The position numbers and the translations under genes are program-made. From contig OZ024764.1 of assembly GCA_964016885.1 (NCBI GenBank), positions 11,160,001-11,224,000 of the forward strand: a stretch of DNA of 64,000 nt, given 5' to 3'. This DNA comes from Eledone cirrhosa (taxonomy: Eukaryota). Within the stretch, counting starts at the first letter, position 1, and each line of letters begins with the position of its first letter. The notes under the pieces are model-generated. The model was given only the letters and a program-made list of their open reading frames with translations. It did no database searches and was not told the DNA's origin. Shown piece by piece: positions 13,101 through 26,130 of the stretch.

Positions 13101-14305
13101 TACTACAGAGATGTGGTTAGAATGTCTGAGGAAAGAATCTCTAGATTGAGAGATCACAGCTCTGATACTACAGACATGTGGTTAGAATGTCTGAGGAAAG
13201 AATCACTGAATTGAGAGATCACAGCTCGGATACTACAGACATGTGGTTAGAATGTCTCAGGAAAGAATCACTGAATTGAGAGATCACAGCTCTGATACTA
13301 CAGACATGTGGTTAGAATGTCTCAGGAAAGAATCTCTGAATTGAGAGATCACAGCTTCGATGCTACAGACATGTGGTTAGAATGTCTCAGGAAAGAATCT
13401 CTGAATTGAGAGATCACAGCTCTGATACTACAGACATGTGGTTAGAATGTCTGAGGAAAGAATCTCTAGATTGAGAGATCACAGCTCTGATACTACAGAC
13501 ATGTGGTTAGAATGTCTGAGGAAAGAATCTCTAGATTGAGAGATCACAGTTCTGATACTACAGACATGTGGTTAGAATGTCTGAGGAAAGAATCTCTAGA
13601 TTGAGAGATCACAGTTCTGATACTACAGACATGTGGTTAGAATGTCTGAGGAAAGAATCTCTAGATTGAGAGATCACAGCTCTGATACTGCAGACATGTA
13701 GTTAGAATGTCTGAGGAAAGAATCTCTGAATTGAGAGATCACAGCTCTGATACTACAGACATGTGGTTAGAATGTCTCAGGAAAGAATCTCTGAATTGAG
13801 AGATCACAGTTCCGATACTACAGACATGTGGTTAGAATGTCTCACGAAATAATCTCTGAAATGAGAGATTCCAGCTCTGATACTACAGACATGTGGTTAG
13901 AATGTCCCAGGAAAGAATCTCTAGATTGAGAGATCACAGCTCTGATACTACAGACATGTAGTTAGAATGTCTGAGGAAAGAATCTCTGAATTGAGAGATC
14001 ACACCTCTGATACTACAGACATGTGGTTAGAATGTCTCAGGAAAGAATCTCTGAATTGAGAGATAACAGCTCTGATAGTACAGACATGTGGTTAGAATGA
14101 TTCAGGAAAGAATCTCTGAATTGAGAGATCACAGCTCTGTTACTACAGACATGTGGTTAGAATGTCTCAGGAAAGAATCTCCGTATTGAGAGATCACAGC
14201 TCTGATACTACAGACATGTGGTTAGAATGTCTCAGGAAAGAATCTCTGAATTGAGAGATCACAGCTCTGATACTACAGACATGTGGTTAGAATGTCTCAG
14301 GAAAA
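13101..14305 (+). repeat. 65-bp tandem array, about 18.5 units, derived from RTE RT coding sequence
   Basis: cagacatgtg at 13171, 13236, 13301 ... The unit translates IERSQL*YYRHVVRMS(Q/E)ER. Confidence 0.95.
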
Positions 14306-14520
14306 AAATTGCCAGATAGCTTTTACAGGCAAAACTACCCGGCAGGAGACCCAGGGCTAGATCACAAGCAAGATGGTTGGATAACATCCATGAGCTCGAC
14401 TGGTCCCACTTGGGGTTCCAGCTGGATCAGTTGGAGACGGTTGCTTCTGACAGACCTGCTAGAAGGTGTTCTTGAGGTGTGTCCCCACTACAATCCAAGG
14501 AATATGTGGGCGAAGGCGGA
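14250..14520 (+). pseudogene. C-terminus of an RTE-clade (Rex3/Expander-like) reverse transcriptase continuing out of the array
   Basis: IERSQL*YYRHVVRMSQEKIAR*LLQAKLPGRRPRARSQARWLDNIHELDWSHLG. Related fragment at 21848-21926. Confidence 0.8.
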
Positions 14521-14544
14521 GATGAGGTGCTACCAGCATTACTA

Positions 14545-15860
14545 GGACTACCAAAATACCGCCACCTCAATCATCACACCACACCACATCACCACTACTA
14601 GCACTACAACCATCATCACAAACACCAATGCTATCACCACTGGCACTACTACCACCACACCACACCACACCACCACTACTAGCACTACCAAAATACCGCC
14701 ACCTCAATCATCACACCACACCACATCACCACTACTAGCACTACCAAAATACCACCACCTCAATCATCACACCACACCACATCACCACTACTAGCACTAC
14801 AACCATCATCACAAACACCAATGTTATCACCACTGGCACTACTACCACCACATCACACCACACCACCACTACTAGCACTACCTAAATACCGCCACCTCAA
14901 TCATCACACTGTACCACACCACCAACTCTAACACTACAACCATCATCACAAACACCAATGCTATCACCACTGGCACTACTACCACCACACCACCACACCA
15001 CCAGTACTAGCACCACCAACATACCACCACCAATACTATCACCACTGGCACTACTACCACCACACCACCACACCACCAGTACTAGCACCACCAACATACC
15101 ACCACCAATACTATCACCACTGGTACTACTACCACCACACCACACCACACCATATCACAACTACTAGCACTACCTACATACCACTGCCACAATCACCACA
15201 CCACCAACTCTAACACTACAACCCTAACACTCCACCACCAACTCCATACTAACCCCACCACTACCTGTTTATCACCATGCCACCACCACGACCAACACCA
15301 CCACCATCATCATCTACAATACTAGCACCACTACTAGCACTACCTACATACCACTGGCACAATCACCACAGCACACCAACTCTAACACTACAACCACCAA
15401 TACTATCACCACTGGCACTACTACCACCACACCACACCACATCACCACTACTAACACTACAACCATCACCACGAGCAATACTATCACTACTGACACTACT
15501 ACCACTACACCATACCACCACTACACCACCACCATACCACCACTACACCACCATACCACCACTACACCACCATACCACCACTACACCACCACTACACCAC
15601 CATCACCATACCACTACACAACCATACCACCACTACACCACCATACCACCACTACACCACCATCACCATACCACTACACAACCATACCACCACTACACCA
15701 CCATACCACCACCATACCACCACTACACCACCATAGCACCACTACACCATACCACCATACCACCACTACACCACCACCACCACCACCACTACACCACCAC
15801 CACTCCACCACCACTCCACCACCATACCACCACACCACCACCACTCCACTACACCACCAT
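14545..15860. repeat. ACC-rich compound minisatellite
   Basis: Seen directly, with local duplications of about 60-80 bp. Confidence 0.85.
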
Positions 15861-16336
15861 CAATATATTAACGAGATATTCCGCTTCAATTTGTAATCAA
15901 TTTATTTAATTGTCAAACCTAATTAATATTTTAATTAGCTTTTAAATGGAAATTGACTTTCTTACATCCCACAGGCAAAATATATACACATATATACATT
16001 TGTGTGTATATAAATATATATCAATGAATGTATTTATATAATTTTACATCCGATTTTTCCATATACATACATATCTATATATTATGTGTGTATATGTGTA
16101 TATATATATGTATATATATGTATATATATATGTATATATATTGTGTGTGTGTATGTGTATATATATAAATATATATATTATGTGTATATATGTGTGTGTG
16201 TATATATGTGTGTGTATGTATATATGTGTGTGTATGTATATATGTGTGTGTATGTATATATGTGTGTATATATATGTGTGTATATATATGTATGTGTGTG
16301 TGTGTATATGTATGTGTGTGTGTGTATATATATATA

Positions 16337-16367
<31 letters not shown>

Positions 16368-16391
16368 CTATATGCATATATATAGACACAC

Positions 16392-16433
<42 letters not shown>

Positions 16434-16680
16434 GTGTCTATATATATGCATATCTGTGTGTATATATAAGTATATCTCTAGGTATATATTTATATATGTA
16501 TGTATATATGTGTATGTATATGTGTATGTATATATATATGTACACATTTTGTATATACATATATATGTATGCATGAAAGCATTGAAAATTGATGTAAAAT
16601 AGTGATTATATTTGTGTGTGTGCATGTATATATATATATGTATGCATATGTACATATGCAGTCAAAACTCCTGACAGAAG

Positions 16681-16762
<82 letters not shown>

Positions 16763-16900
16763 GTGTGTATACATATAGACATACATACATATATGTATAC
16801 ATATAGACATACACATATATATATACATATATGTATACTTATAGACATACATATATGTATACATACAGACATACATATATATATATATACATATAAACAT

Positions 16901-17109
16901 AGGAACGAGTAGGACCCCGACGGCTGAGCTCAAGCCGTTTCGATGTCGAAACGGCTTTCTGGACTATTTCAGTCCAGAAATAGCTGTCGAAACGGCTTGA
17001 GCTCTGCCGTCGGGGTCCTACTCGTTCCTATTACCCACTCTACTACCCTAAGTATTGAGTACTTTGGTGCGTTATGTCCACCTGGTTCCTTACCACATTT
17101 CTTCCGTTA
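16901..17109 (+). mobile_element. PLE-like family 2 remnant, fold-back, with 3' half of a hammerhead
   Basis: Inverted arms aggaacgagtaggaccccgacggc / gccgtcggggtcctactcgttcct. GAAA-CGGC-ttgagctct-GCCG-TC forms stem III with a GUC triplet. Homologues at 23826-23981 (-) and 26131-26317 (+). Confidence 0.7.
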
Positions 17110-17164
17110 CATATAAACATATATATATATATACACATATACATACATACATATATGTATATGT

Positions 17165-17340
17165 GTATGGTATAAGAGGGATAAGTTGTGGTGTGCAGGA
17201 GAGAAGACTGAGATGGTATGGACATGTGATGTACATGGAAGATGACCGCTGGGTAAAGAAGTGCCAAGAAATCCCAGTTGAAGGAAGATGCAGTAGAGGT
17301 AGACCGTGAAAAACAAGTGACAAGTGGAGAGATGCTGCGA
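17165..17340 (+). pseudogene. RTE LINE RT C-terminal fragment
   Basis: GIRGISCGVQERRLRWYGHVMYMEDDRWVKKCQEIPVEGRCSRGRP*. Confidence 0.85.
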
Positions 17341-17344
17341 TGAA

Positions 17345-17988
17345 TAGGACCAATCCCTCTGGGAGTTGATCTTCTGGTCTTGGCAGAAGTTTTTCTCGTC
17401 GGAGAAAAACCACAGCATGTCTGGCTCCAGTGGCTGTTTCAACTTGTTGATCAGCTTCTTTGCGTGCTTCAGTCGCTTTTCTTGCATCGCCTTTGACAGA
17501 AATTGTCCTTTCCTCACCTTGTATGAAACATAGCGAATGTCTTCATGTATCAGCCTAATGAGCTCTTCATCCACGCCTTTCTCCTTTGTAATGGTACGCA
17601 TCGACTTACTAGGTTCATTGTTGATGATATCCTGAACTCGGACGTTCTGAAGGCGTCAGATCGTCGATCATGTGTTTTCCTCTCTGATGTTGCTTCGTAG
17701 TCGAATCCTGAATCTTCCAATTCCTTTCTGACCTTTTCCACCATTCTCCTGCTGACGCTGAGAAAGTCTGAAATTTCCTTATTTGTCCTCCCGGCGCGGA
17801 TTCCAAGAAGAACTCTGTGTCTCTTCCACAAATTTGGAGGTTCAAAATTATTCATAATCAATTATTCTGAAAATAAATAATTTAAATATAGTCACTGTTT
17901 TTATGAAGACAAGAGTGACAATGGAAGTAAAAAAAATTTGCATAAAATTAGCAGTTGAAAATTGCGAATAAATATCGTCCACACCCTG
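17345..17988 (-). mobile_element. Truncated Tc1/mariner-superfamily (maT/DD37D-like) transposon: 5' end and frameshifted transposase N-terminal half
   Basis: TA-CAGGGTG terminus at 17988. HTH-like GRTNKEISDFLSVSRRMVEKVRK, then LSKAMQEKRLKHAKKL...WFFSDEKNFCQDQKINSQ (first catalytic Asp). Remainder missing. Confidence 0.85.
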
Positions 17989-18009
17989 TATATATATATA
18001 TATATGTAT

Positions 18010-18333
18010 GGAGGCACATGGCTTAGTGGTTAGAGCATTGGCCTTGCAATCAAAAGGTTGTGAGTTCAATTCTCAGACCGGGTGATGTGTTGTTTCCTTG
18101 AGCAAGACACTTTATTTCACATTGCTCCAGTTTTCTCAGCTGTAGAAATGAGATGATAGGGACTGGGGTCCATATCATTCCACTGCAAAGTGGTCGTGGG
18201 GGTGCCACGGCAAAAAAGCACCCAGCACTCACTGTAAATGAGGTTGGTGTTAGGAAGGGCATCCAGCTGTAGAAATCAAGCCAGAATCAGTTCCCGTCCC
18301 ACCCTTGCAAGCAGGGAAAAGCGGTGATGATGA
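18010..18333 (+). mobile_element. tRNA-derived SINE family B
   Basis: Near-identical to 3481-3830. Confidence 0.9.
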
Positions 18334-18390
18334 TATATATATATATGAGGGTGGATTCAATCAACAAGATCCCAGACCTCATTCACTTAC

Positions 18391-18478
18391 CAAGTGGGAT
18401 GGACCTCATCAAATCGGACCAGGGAAACAATGTTTCCATTGGTCTTTCTATTGCTGATACTCTCTGCCGGTTGCAATT
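18391..18478 (-). CDS. Candidate internal exon NCNRQRVSAIERPMETLFPWSDLMRSIPLx
   Basis: Strong donor TTG|gtaagt. Acceptor gttctgccaag|. 88 nt, ends in phase 1, compatible with exon 4478-4592. Confidence 0.3.
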
Positions 18479-18489
18479 CTTGGCAGAAC

Positions 18490-18562
18490 AAGCAACATGA
18501 AATAAAGTGTCTTGCTCAAGGACACAACACATCGGCTCAGTCCAGGAATCAAACCCACAACC
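18490..18562 (-). mobile_element. Fragment related to SINE family B
   Basis: agcaacatgaaataaagtgtcttgctcaaggacacaac...ggaatcaaacccacaacc. Confidence 0.7.
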
Positions 18563-18959
18563 TCAACCTCAACCTCATCATCATCATCACCGTTTGTGAA
18601 TCTAATTCTCTGATGATGACAATTATGATGATGATGCTGAGGAGTATATTGACAAAGATGATGGTAGTGATGTTGATGACGACGACAATGACGATGGTGA
18701 TGATGATGATGAGTATATTGACAAAGATGATGATGATGATGATGATGATGACGATGAATAATACTGTCTTTGATGACAATGATGATGATAACGATGATGA
18801 TGATGATGATGAAACCGATTATATGATATGATATTCATTTCACAGAAATCAAAGGAAAAAATTTGATACAGGTTTAAAATATCTGCCGAAAAAGCAACAA
18901 CAACAAAAAAGTTGTAAAAGAATATTGTTTTTATTGAAATCTTACATCTTAGACCTTAC

Positions 18960-21845
18960 CTCCAACACCACCACCACTCCAATACCATCAGCACCACCAC
19001 CACCACCACTAACAGCACTTCAATACCACCACCACCACTACCACCACCAGCAATTCAATACCATCACCACCACCACCTCCAACACCACCAGTACTCCAAT
19101 ACTATCAGCACCACCACCACCACTAACAGCACTTCAATACCACCACCACCACCACCACCACCACTAACAGCACTCCAATACCATCAGCACCACCACCACC
19201 ACCACCACCACTAACAGCACTCCAATACCATCAGCACCACCACCACCACCACCACCACTAACAGCACTTCAATACCACCACCACCACCACCACTAACAGC
19301 ACTCCAATACCATCAGCACCACCACTACCACCACTAACAGCACTTCAATACCACCACCACCACCACCACCACCACCACCACTAACAGCACTCCAATACCA
19401 TCACCGCCACCACTACCACCACTAACAGCACTTCAATACCACCACCACCACCACTAACAGCACTCCAATACCATCAGCACCACCACCACCACCACCACCA
19501 CCAACAGCATTCCAATACCATCAGCACCACCACCACCACCACCACCGCTAACAGCACTTCAATACCACCACCAGCACTCCAATACCACCACCACCACCAC
19601 TAACAGCACTCCAATACCACCACCACCACCACCACCACTAACAGCATTCCAATACCATCAGCACCACCACTACCACCGCTAACAGCACTTCAATACCACC
19701 ACCACCACCAGCACTCCAATACCATCAGCACCACCACCACCACCACTAACAGCACTCCAATACCATCAGCACCACCACCACCACCACTAACAGCACTCCA
19801 ATACCATCAGCACCACCACCACCACCACTAACAGCACTTCAATACCACCACCACCACCACTAACAGCACTCCAATACCATCAGCACCACCACCACCACCA
19901 CCACCACTAACAGCACTCCAATACCATCAGCACCACTACTACCACCACTAACAGCACTTCAATACCACCACCACCACCACCACCACCACCACTAACAGCA
20001 CTCCAATACCATCAGCACCACCACTACCACCACTAACAGCACTTCAATACCATCAGCACCACCACCACCACCACTAACAGCACTCCAATACCATCACCAC
20101 CACCACTACCACCACTAACAGCACTTCAATACCACCATCAGCACCGCCACCACCACTAACAGCACTTCAATACCACCACCACCACCACTAACAGCATTCC
20201 AATACCATCAGCACCACCACTACCACCGCTAACAGCACTTCAATACCACCACCACCACCAGCACTCCAATACCATCAGCACCACCACCACCACCACTAAC
20301 AGCACTCCAATACCATCAGCACCACCACCACCACCACTAACAGCACTTCAATACCACCACCACCACCACCACCACCACTAACAGCACTCCAATACCATCA
20401 GCACCACCACTACCACCACTAACAGCACTTCAATACCACCACCACCACCACCACCACCACCACCACTAACAGCACTCCAATACCATCACCACCACCACTA
20501 CCACCACTTCAATACCACCATCAGCACCGCCACTACCACCACTAACAGCACTTCAATACCACCACCACCACCACCACCACTAACAGCACTTCAATACCAC
20601 CACCACCACCACCACTAACAGCACTTCAATACCACCACCACCACCACCACTAACAGCACTCCAATACCATCAGCACCACCACTACCACCACTTCAATACC
20701 ACCACCACCACTAACAGCACTCCAATACCATCAGCACCACCACTACCACCACCACTAACAGCACTTCAATACCACCACCACCACCACCACCACTAACAGC
20801 ACTTCAATACCACCATCACCACCACCACCACTAACAGCACTTCAATACCACCACCACCACCACCACTAACAGCACTCCAATACCATCAGCACCACCACTA
20901 CCACCACTAACAGCACTTCAATACCACCACCACCACCACCACCACCACTAACAGCACTCCAATACCATCAGCACCACCACTACCACCACCACTAACAGCA
21001 CTTCAATACCACCACCACCACCACCACCACTAACAGCACTCCAATACCATCAGCACCACCACTACCACCACTAACAGCACTTCAATACCACCACCACCAC
21101 CACCACCACTAACAGCACTTCAATACCACCACCACCACCACCACTAACAGCACTCCAATACCATCAGCACCACCACTACCACCACTTCAATACCACCACC
21201 ACCACTAACAGCACTCCAATACCATCAGCACCACCACTACCACCACCACTAACAGCACTTCAATACCACCACCACCACCACCACCACTAACAGCACTTCA
21301 ATACCACCATCACCACCACCACCACTAACAGCACTTCAATACCACCACCACCACCACCACTAACAGCACTCCAATACCATCAGCACCACCACTACCACCA
21401 CTAACAGCACTTCAATACCACCACCACCACCACCACCACTAACAGCACTCCAATACCATCAGCACCACCACTACCACCACCACTAACAGCACTTCAATAC
21501 CACCACCACCACCACCACCACTAACAGCACTCCAATACCATCAGCACCACCACTACCACCACTAACAGCACTTCAATACCACCACCACCACCACCACCAC
21601 TAACAGCACTCCAATACCATCAGCACCACCACTACCACCACCACTAACAGCACTTCAATACCACCACCACCACCACCACCACTAACAGCACTCCAATACC
21701 ACCACCACCACCACCACTACCACCACTTCAATACCACCACCACCACCACCACCACCACTACTAACAGCACTTCAATACCACCACCACCACGACCACCACC
21801 ACTACTAACAGCACTTCAATACCACCACCACCACGACCACCACCA
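18960..21845. repeat. 2.9-kb (ACC)n-spaced minisatellite
   Basis: Fixed motif ACTAACAGCACT(C/T)CAATACCA separated by variable (CCA)n runs. Confidence 0.95.
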
Positions 21846-22002
21846 ATGAATGTCTCAGGAAAGAATCACTGGACAGATATGGACAAAAACCAACTGACAG
21901 GAGACCTGGGGGTAGATCCCAAGCAATCGACTTGCCCCCTCCTCACGAATAGCTGGGCCTTGTGCCTAAATTAGAAATTATTTTTACACCCTGTGTACTT
22001 GA

Positions 22003-22245
22003 GGTCGGTGGATTGGTTGGTAGTAATCAGTAGAGCGTCGCATAACATAATTTGTGGCATAGAGTTATGGCCCTTTGTGTTCAGAGTTGAAATCTCGCCA
22101 ATTTTAACTTTACCTCTCATCCTTACAGGGTTGATGAAATAGAGTACCAGTAATGCACTGGGGGAGCGAGAGGGGTCAATTTAATAATTTAATCGACATT
22201 CTCCTTCCTTTCAAATTGGCAAATTGCTGGCCTTGTGCCAATTAT
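22003..22245 (+). mobile_element. Diverged SINE family A
   Basis: ggtggattgg...gagttgaaatctcgc...aactttacctctcatcctt...gagtaccagtaatgcactgggg...gctggccttgtgccaa. Confidence 0.7.
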
Positions 22246-22722
22246 ATAAACAATTATCATTGTTGTGGTATGGTTGGTGATGGAAGGGGTAGGTGGACGT
22301 GGTAGGGTTAGAGGGTGTGTAAAGTTGGGGTGGGGAGCAATCAGTTTTCATAGCAAGGGTTTCATAAAAAATAAATACCCCCCCCCCCAAAAAAAAACCC
22401 CAAAAAACAAAAAAAAAAACCAAAAAAAAAAACAACACATTTAAAATTACATTAATTACTTTAATTTTTTTAAATTTATTCATTTTATTTTGTTGAAATT
22501 TGATCAAAGAAAATTATTGCTGGGAAGTGAAGAGGAAGAGGGGGGGGGGGTGATTGAAGAGGAGGAGGAGGAGAAAAGATGACAATGAAGAAGAAAGAAA
22601 ATAACAAAAAAAAAAACAACCCCAAAAAAAGAAAGGAAGGAAGAAGACTGAAGCAGCCATGAAAGTTCGTTAAAAGAAACAATTAAAATATTTAATTAAT
22701 GAGATCTAAAAAATCTGGTTAC

Positions 22723-22761
22723 TTGTTGAAGAAAATGAAAATATTTTTCAACTTTGTGCAT
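22723..22761 (-). CDS. Speculative upstream exon MHKVEKYFHFLQQ
   Basis: Donor CAA|gtaacc in phase 0, compatible with 18391-18478. Preceded in frame by a (GAT/GGT)n repeat. Confidence 0.2.
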
Positions 22762-22767
22762 GTCCTC

Positions 22768-23043
22768 GTCATCATCATCATCATCATCATCATCATCACC
22801 ACCATCATCATCATCATCATCATCACCACCACCATCATCATCATCACCATCATCACCACCACCATCATCATCACCACCACCATCATCATCATCATCACCA
22901 CCAGCATCATCACCATCACCATCATCATCATCATCACCAGCAGCATCACCATCATCATCATCATCATCATCACCACCACCACCAGCATCGCCATCACAAT
23001 CATCACCATCATCATCTTCATCACCAGCATCATTATCATCACC

Positions 23044-23074
<31 letters not shown>

Positions 23075-23331
23075 CCACCACCATCATCACAATCACCACC
23101 ACCATCATCACCACCACCACCAGCATCATCACCATCAACATCATCACCACCAGCATCACCATCATCATCATCATCATCACCACCACCACCAGCATCGCCA
23201 TCACAATCATCACCATCATCATCACCATCATCTTCATCACCAGCATCATCTTCATCACCAGCATCACCATCACCATCATCTTCATCACCAGCATCACCAT
23301 CACCATCATCACCACCATCATCACCATCACC
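22768..23331. repeat. (CAT/CAC)n trinucleotide repeat
   Basis: Seen directly. Confidence 0.95.
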
Positions 23332-23457
23332 GATCTGTATCGATCTAGCCTGACTCTGTAATCCATGGCTCGTCAGACCCCTTATAACACGCGTCACCAA
23401 CCAATATAAACGTAATGAAGGAATAACCACTCGTCGTCCTTGTTTTGTTTTACTATA
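23332..23457 (+). mobile_element. PLE-like family 3 remnant
   Basis: aacacgcgtcaccaaccaat..aaacgtaatgaagga is shared with 44121-44185. gatctgtatcgatctagcc.gactctgta is the reverse complement of 44068-44096. Confidence 0.55.
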
Positions 23458-23555
23458 ATACACTCTGTATAGCTCTACACCTCGACACACAAGTGAACCT
23501 AAACATCGAGTACTTACTCGGGTGAACCTACAGTAACTCCAAGTTACACTCCCTG

Positions 23556-23600
<45 letters not shown>

Positions 23601-23603
<3 letters not shown>

Positions 23604-23794
23604 TTAATATAGATGAGATTCTACAGGACTAGAACTGTTTCATTCTTTAGAAATCATCATGAGATTCCTGATGATTTCTAAAGAATGAAACAGTTCTAGT
23701 CCTGTAGAATCTCATCTATATTAAAACTTTTATACTCTGCAATGTATTGAGTACCTTACTTACTCTGGTTACCTCCGATTCAACCCGGAATAAC

Positions 23795-23797
<3 letters not shown>
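23601..23797 (+). mobile_element. PLE-like family 4 remnant with a 59-bp-arm palindrome
   Basis: 23601-23659 is the reverse complement of 23669-23727. (TA)n on both sides. Confidence 0.8.
23659..23715 (+). ncRNA. Type I hammerhead ribozyme
   Basis: Stem I atgagattc/gaatctcat, CTGATGA 23668-23674, short stem II TTC-taaa-GAA, GAAA, stem III CAG/CTG, GUA triplet (cleavage after 23706). Confidence 0.75.
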
Positions 23798-23825
<28 letters not shown>

Positions 23826-23831
<6 letters not shown>

Positions 23832-23981
23832 GAAGGAAATGTGGTAAGGAACCAGGTGGACCATAACGCACCAAAGTACTCAATTCTTAGGGTAGTAGAG
23901 TGGGTAATAGGAACGAGTAGGACTCCGACGGCTGAGCTCAAGCCGTTTTGATGGCTAATTCTGGACTAAATGCATTTAGTA
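23826..23981 (-). mobile_element. PLE-like family 2 remnant
   Basis: Reverse complement of about 16970-17109. Confidence 0.75.
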
Positions 23982-23995
23982 TATATATATATTTA

Positions 23996-24054
<59 letters not shown>

Positions 24055-24405
24055 AATATAAATTAACAAGAATCATATTTCGGCTTTGGAATTAGCGAAA
24101 TACAACTTACGAGATGTGTGGCAAGCGCTCAATAATTCTAACGAACCAGAGCTACAACATACGTTAAAGGGCAAACACACTGAGACGATGGTTAAACCGT
24201 CATCCGCACTGCCATAGAAGCGACCAAGTAATTCGGGTCAAACAAATAAAAAAAAATGTGATTGAAAAAATATATAGTATATATATATATATAAGGATTA
24301 AAATACTGGAGCGTGTTGGAGTTAAACACCCTCTTCGTATTATAGAAATGACAGTAAAAGGTATAGCTCAATGCAGTTGAACATCTCAGGGTATGTCATG
24401 TATCA

Positions 24406-24466
24406 TTATATTTTGTCTGATGAGGACGTACTGTTGTACATCCGAAATATGTATATTAAAATGTAA
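24406..24466 (+). ncRNA. Type I hammerhead ribozyme in a PLE-like remnant (about 24290-24600)
   Basis: CTGATGA 24417-24423, stem II GGA-c-GTAC-tgtt-GTAC-a-TCC, GAAA 24444-24447, ATATGTAT, AUA triplet, stem I ttatattttg/taaaatgtaa. Confidence 0.75.
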
Positions 24467-24600
24467 TTGATCAAAAGAACATCTATTTTATTAATATTTA
24501 TATTTTAATATTAATAACTCCTGAAAATTATTTCTCATAGAGTGCTTCCAATCTACTGTAAAACTCATTCTTTGACATAATCATTGAATATTGCTTAACA

Positions 24601-24651
<51 letters not shown>

Positions 24652-24681
24652 ATATCAAAAGATGGTTAAAAGAGTTCCATG

Positions 24682-24752
24682 TATTTTATTATGCACATTT
24701 CAAAAACAAATATCATCATGCAATAACATTTGTGTTTTCATCAGATAAAATA
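24682..24752 (-). ncRNA. Type I hammerhead ribozyme (inverted arm)
   Basis: Reverse complement of 25041-25111, with stem III ATGTGCAT. Confidence 0.75.
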
Positions 24753-25040
24753 GGAAGACATGATATGAAGGTTAAAGAGCACTTGTGAATAGTGCAGTTT
24801 TAAATCAACAGATTTTTTAGATCTCATTAATTAAATATTTTAATTGTTTCTTTTAACGAACTTTCATGGCTGCTTCAGTCTTCTTCCTTCCTTTCTTTTT
24901 TTGGGGTTGTTTTTTTTTTTGTTATTTTCTTCTTCTTCTTCATTGTCATCTTTTCTCCTCCTCCTCTTCAATCACCCCCCCCCCTTGATTTAAAACTGCA
25001 CTATTCACAAGTGTTCTTTAACCTTCATATCATGTCTTCC

Positions 25041-25111
25041 TATTTTATCTGATGAAAACACAAATGTTATTGCATGATTATATTTGTTTTTGAAATGCGC
25101 ATAATAAAATA
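25041..25111 (+). ncRNA. Type I hammerhead ribozyme, intact core
   Basis: Stem I tattttat/ataaaata, CTGATGA 25049-25055, stem II AAACACAAATG/TATTTGTTTTT, GAAA 25092-25095, palindromic ATGCGCAT, AUA triplet (cleavage after 25103). Confidence 0.85.
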
Positions 25112-25246
25112 CATGGAACTCTTTTAACCATCTTTTGATATTATATATTATGTATACTCCAGTCCTACAAACTGTAGAGTGCTTCTTATCCGATATCTGC
25201 ATTGCTTTATTGTACTACAATAAAACTCACCTCCTACATATATATT

Positions 25247-25283
<37 letters not shown>

Positions 25284-25437
25284 ATTGTTATACTTTGGGA
25301 GGGTCATGTTGCCAATAAGAAACACACGCACCAGTTGCTTTCACTTCAATTTATTATAATAAATCTATAATAAATTTATAAATTTATAAATTTCTGGTTG
25401 GTTGGTTGGTTCCACAACCGGATAGTTGTTTATATAT

Positions 25438-25482
25438 AGTCATAGTTCTTTCGTCACACACTCTGTGACCTCTTCAGTGACT
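25438..25482 (-). ncRNA. Type I hammerhead ribozyme in a PLE-like remnant (25282-25640, with a 43-bp inverted repeat)
   Basis: Reverse complement reads agtca-CTGAAGA-G-GTCACA-gagtg-TGTGAC-GAAA-GAACT-A-tgact. Inverted repeat 25282-25324 / 25537-25579. Confidence 0.65.
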
Positions 25483-25699
25483 GGGGATTCCTTTCTTTGT
25501 TTCTGTGCCTCTCCTTTGTTCTGTCCTACGCCATTTTGTTTCTTATTGGCAACATGACCCTCCCAAAGTATAACAATATCAGTTTCAACACACGATTTCA
25601 GATAAAGAATCTTGCTAAACAAATTCAGAAACGAAATATATATATATATATATATATACGATATTAAATAAATGGAAACTATATTTATAAAACCATATT

Positions 25700-25765
25700 T
25701 ATTTCATTATATATCTTTCAGGGATATCATATTAAAAATATGGTATACCTTCATCAGACAAAATA
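25700..25765 (-). ncRNA. Type I hammerhead ribozyme, slightly degenerate (family 1 relative, element about 25658-25810)
   Basis: Reverse complement reads tattttgt-CTGATGA-AGGTATACCATATT..AATATGATATCCCT-GAAA-GATATAT-A-atgaaata. Confidence 0.65.
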
Positions 25766-26084
25766 CAATATAAACAGTCTTATAAATAGATAGATTTGAC
25801 ATACCTTACACTTCAACTTTCATTTAAAAAGTTGATTTGGTAGTGAAAAATGTTAGGGACAGTTATAGAGAAAAAAAGAAAAGAAAGAAATAAAGAAAGA
25901 AAACGAAGAAAAAGAAGAAATGCATGTAACGAAAACAGAGAGAGATAGATATAGAGAGATAGATAGAGAGAGATAGATATAGATAGAGATAGAGAGAGAG
26001 AAAAATAGGTAGTTTTATAGGTGCTTTTATATCAGTTATAAATATTTACTCGTTGTAACCCAACAATTTAAATAAAACTTTTCA

Positions 26085-26119
<35 letters not shown>

Positions 26120-26130
26120 CTGAAAAGATT

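Larger units (their letters stand above)
24642..25151. mobile_element. Fold-back PLE-like remnant with captured local DNA as spacer
   Basis: Arms about 24642-24808 and 24985-25151 are inverted. Spacer 24809-24984 is the reverse complement of 22541-22717. Confidence 0.85.

Noticed and set aside
22696-23490. 264-aa Asp/Gly-rich ORF
   Set aside because: Mostly (GAT/GGT)n repeat with its start inside PLE-like remnants. Only the last 13 codons before a donor were kept as a speculative exon.
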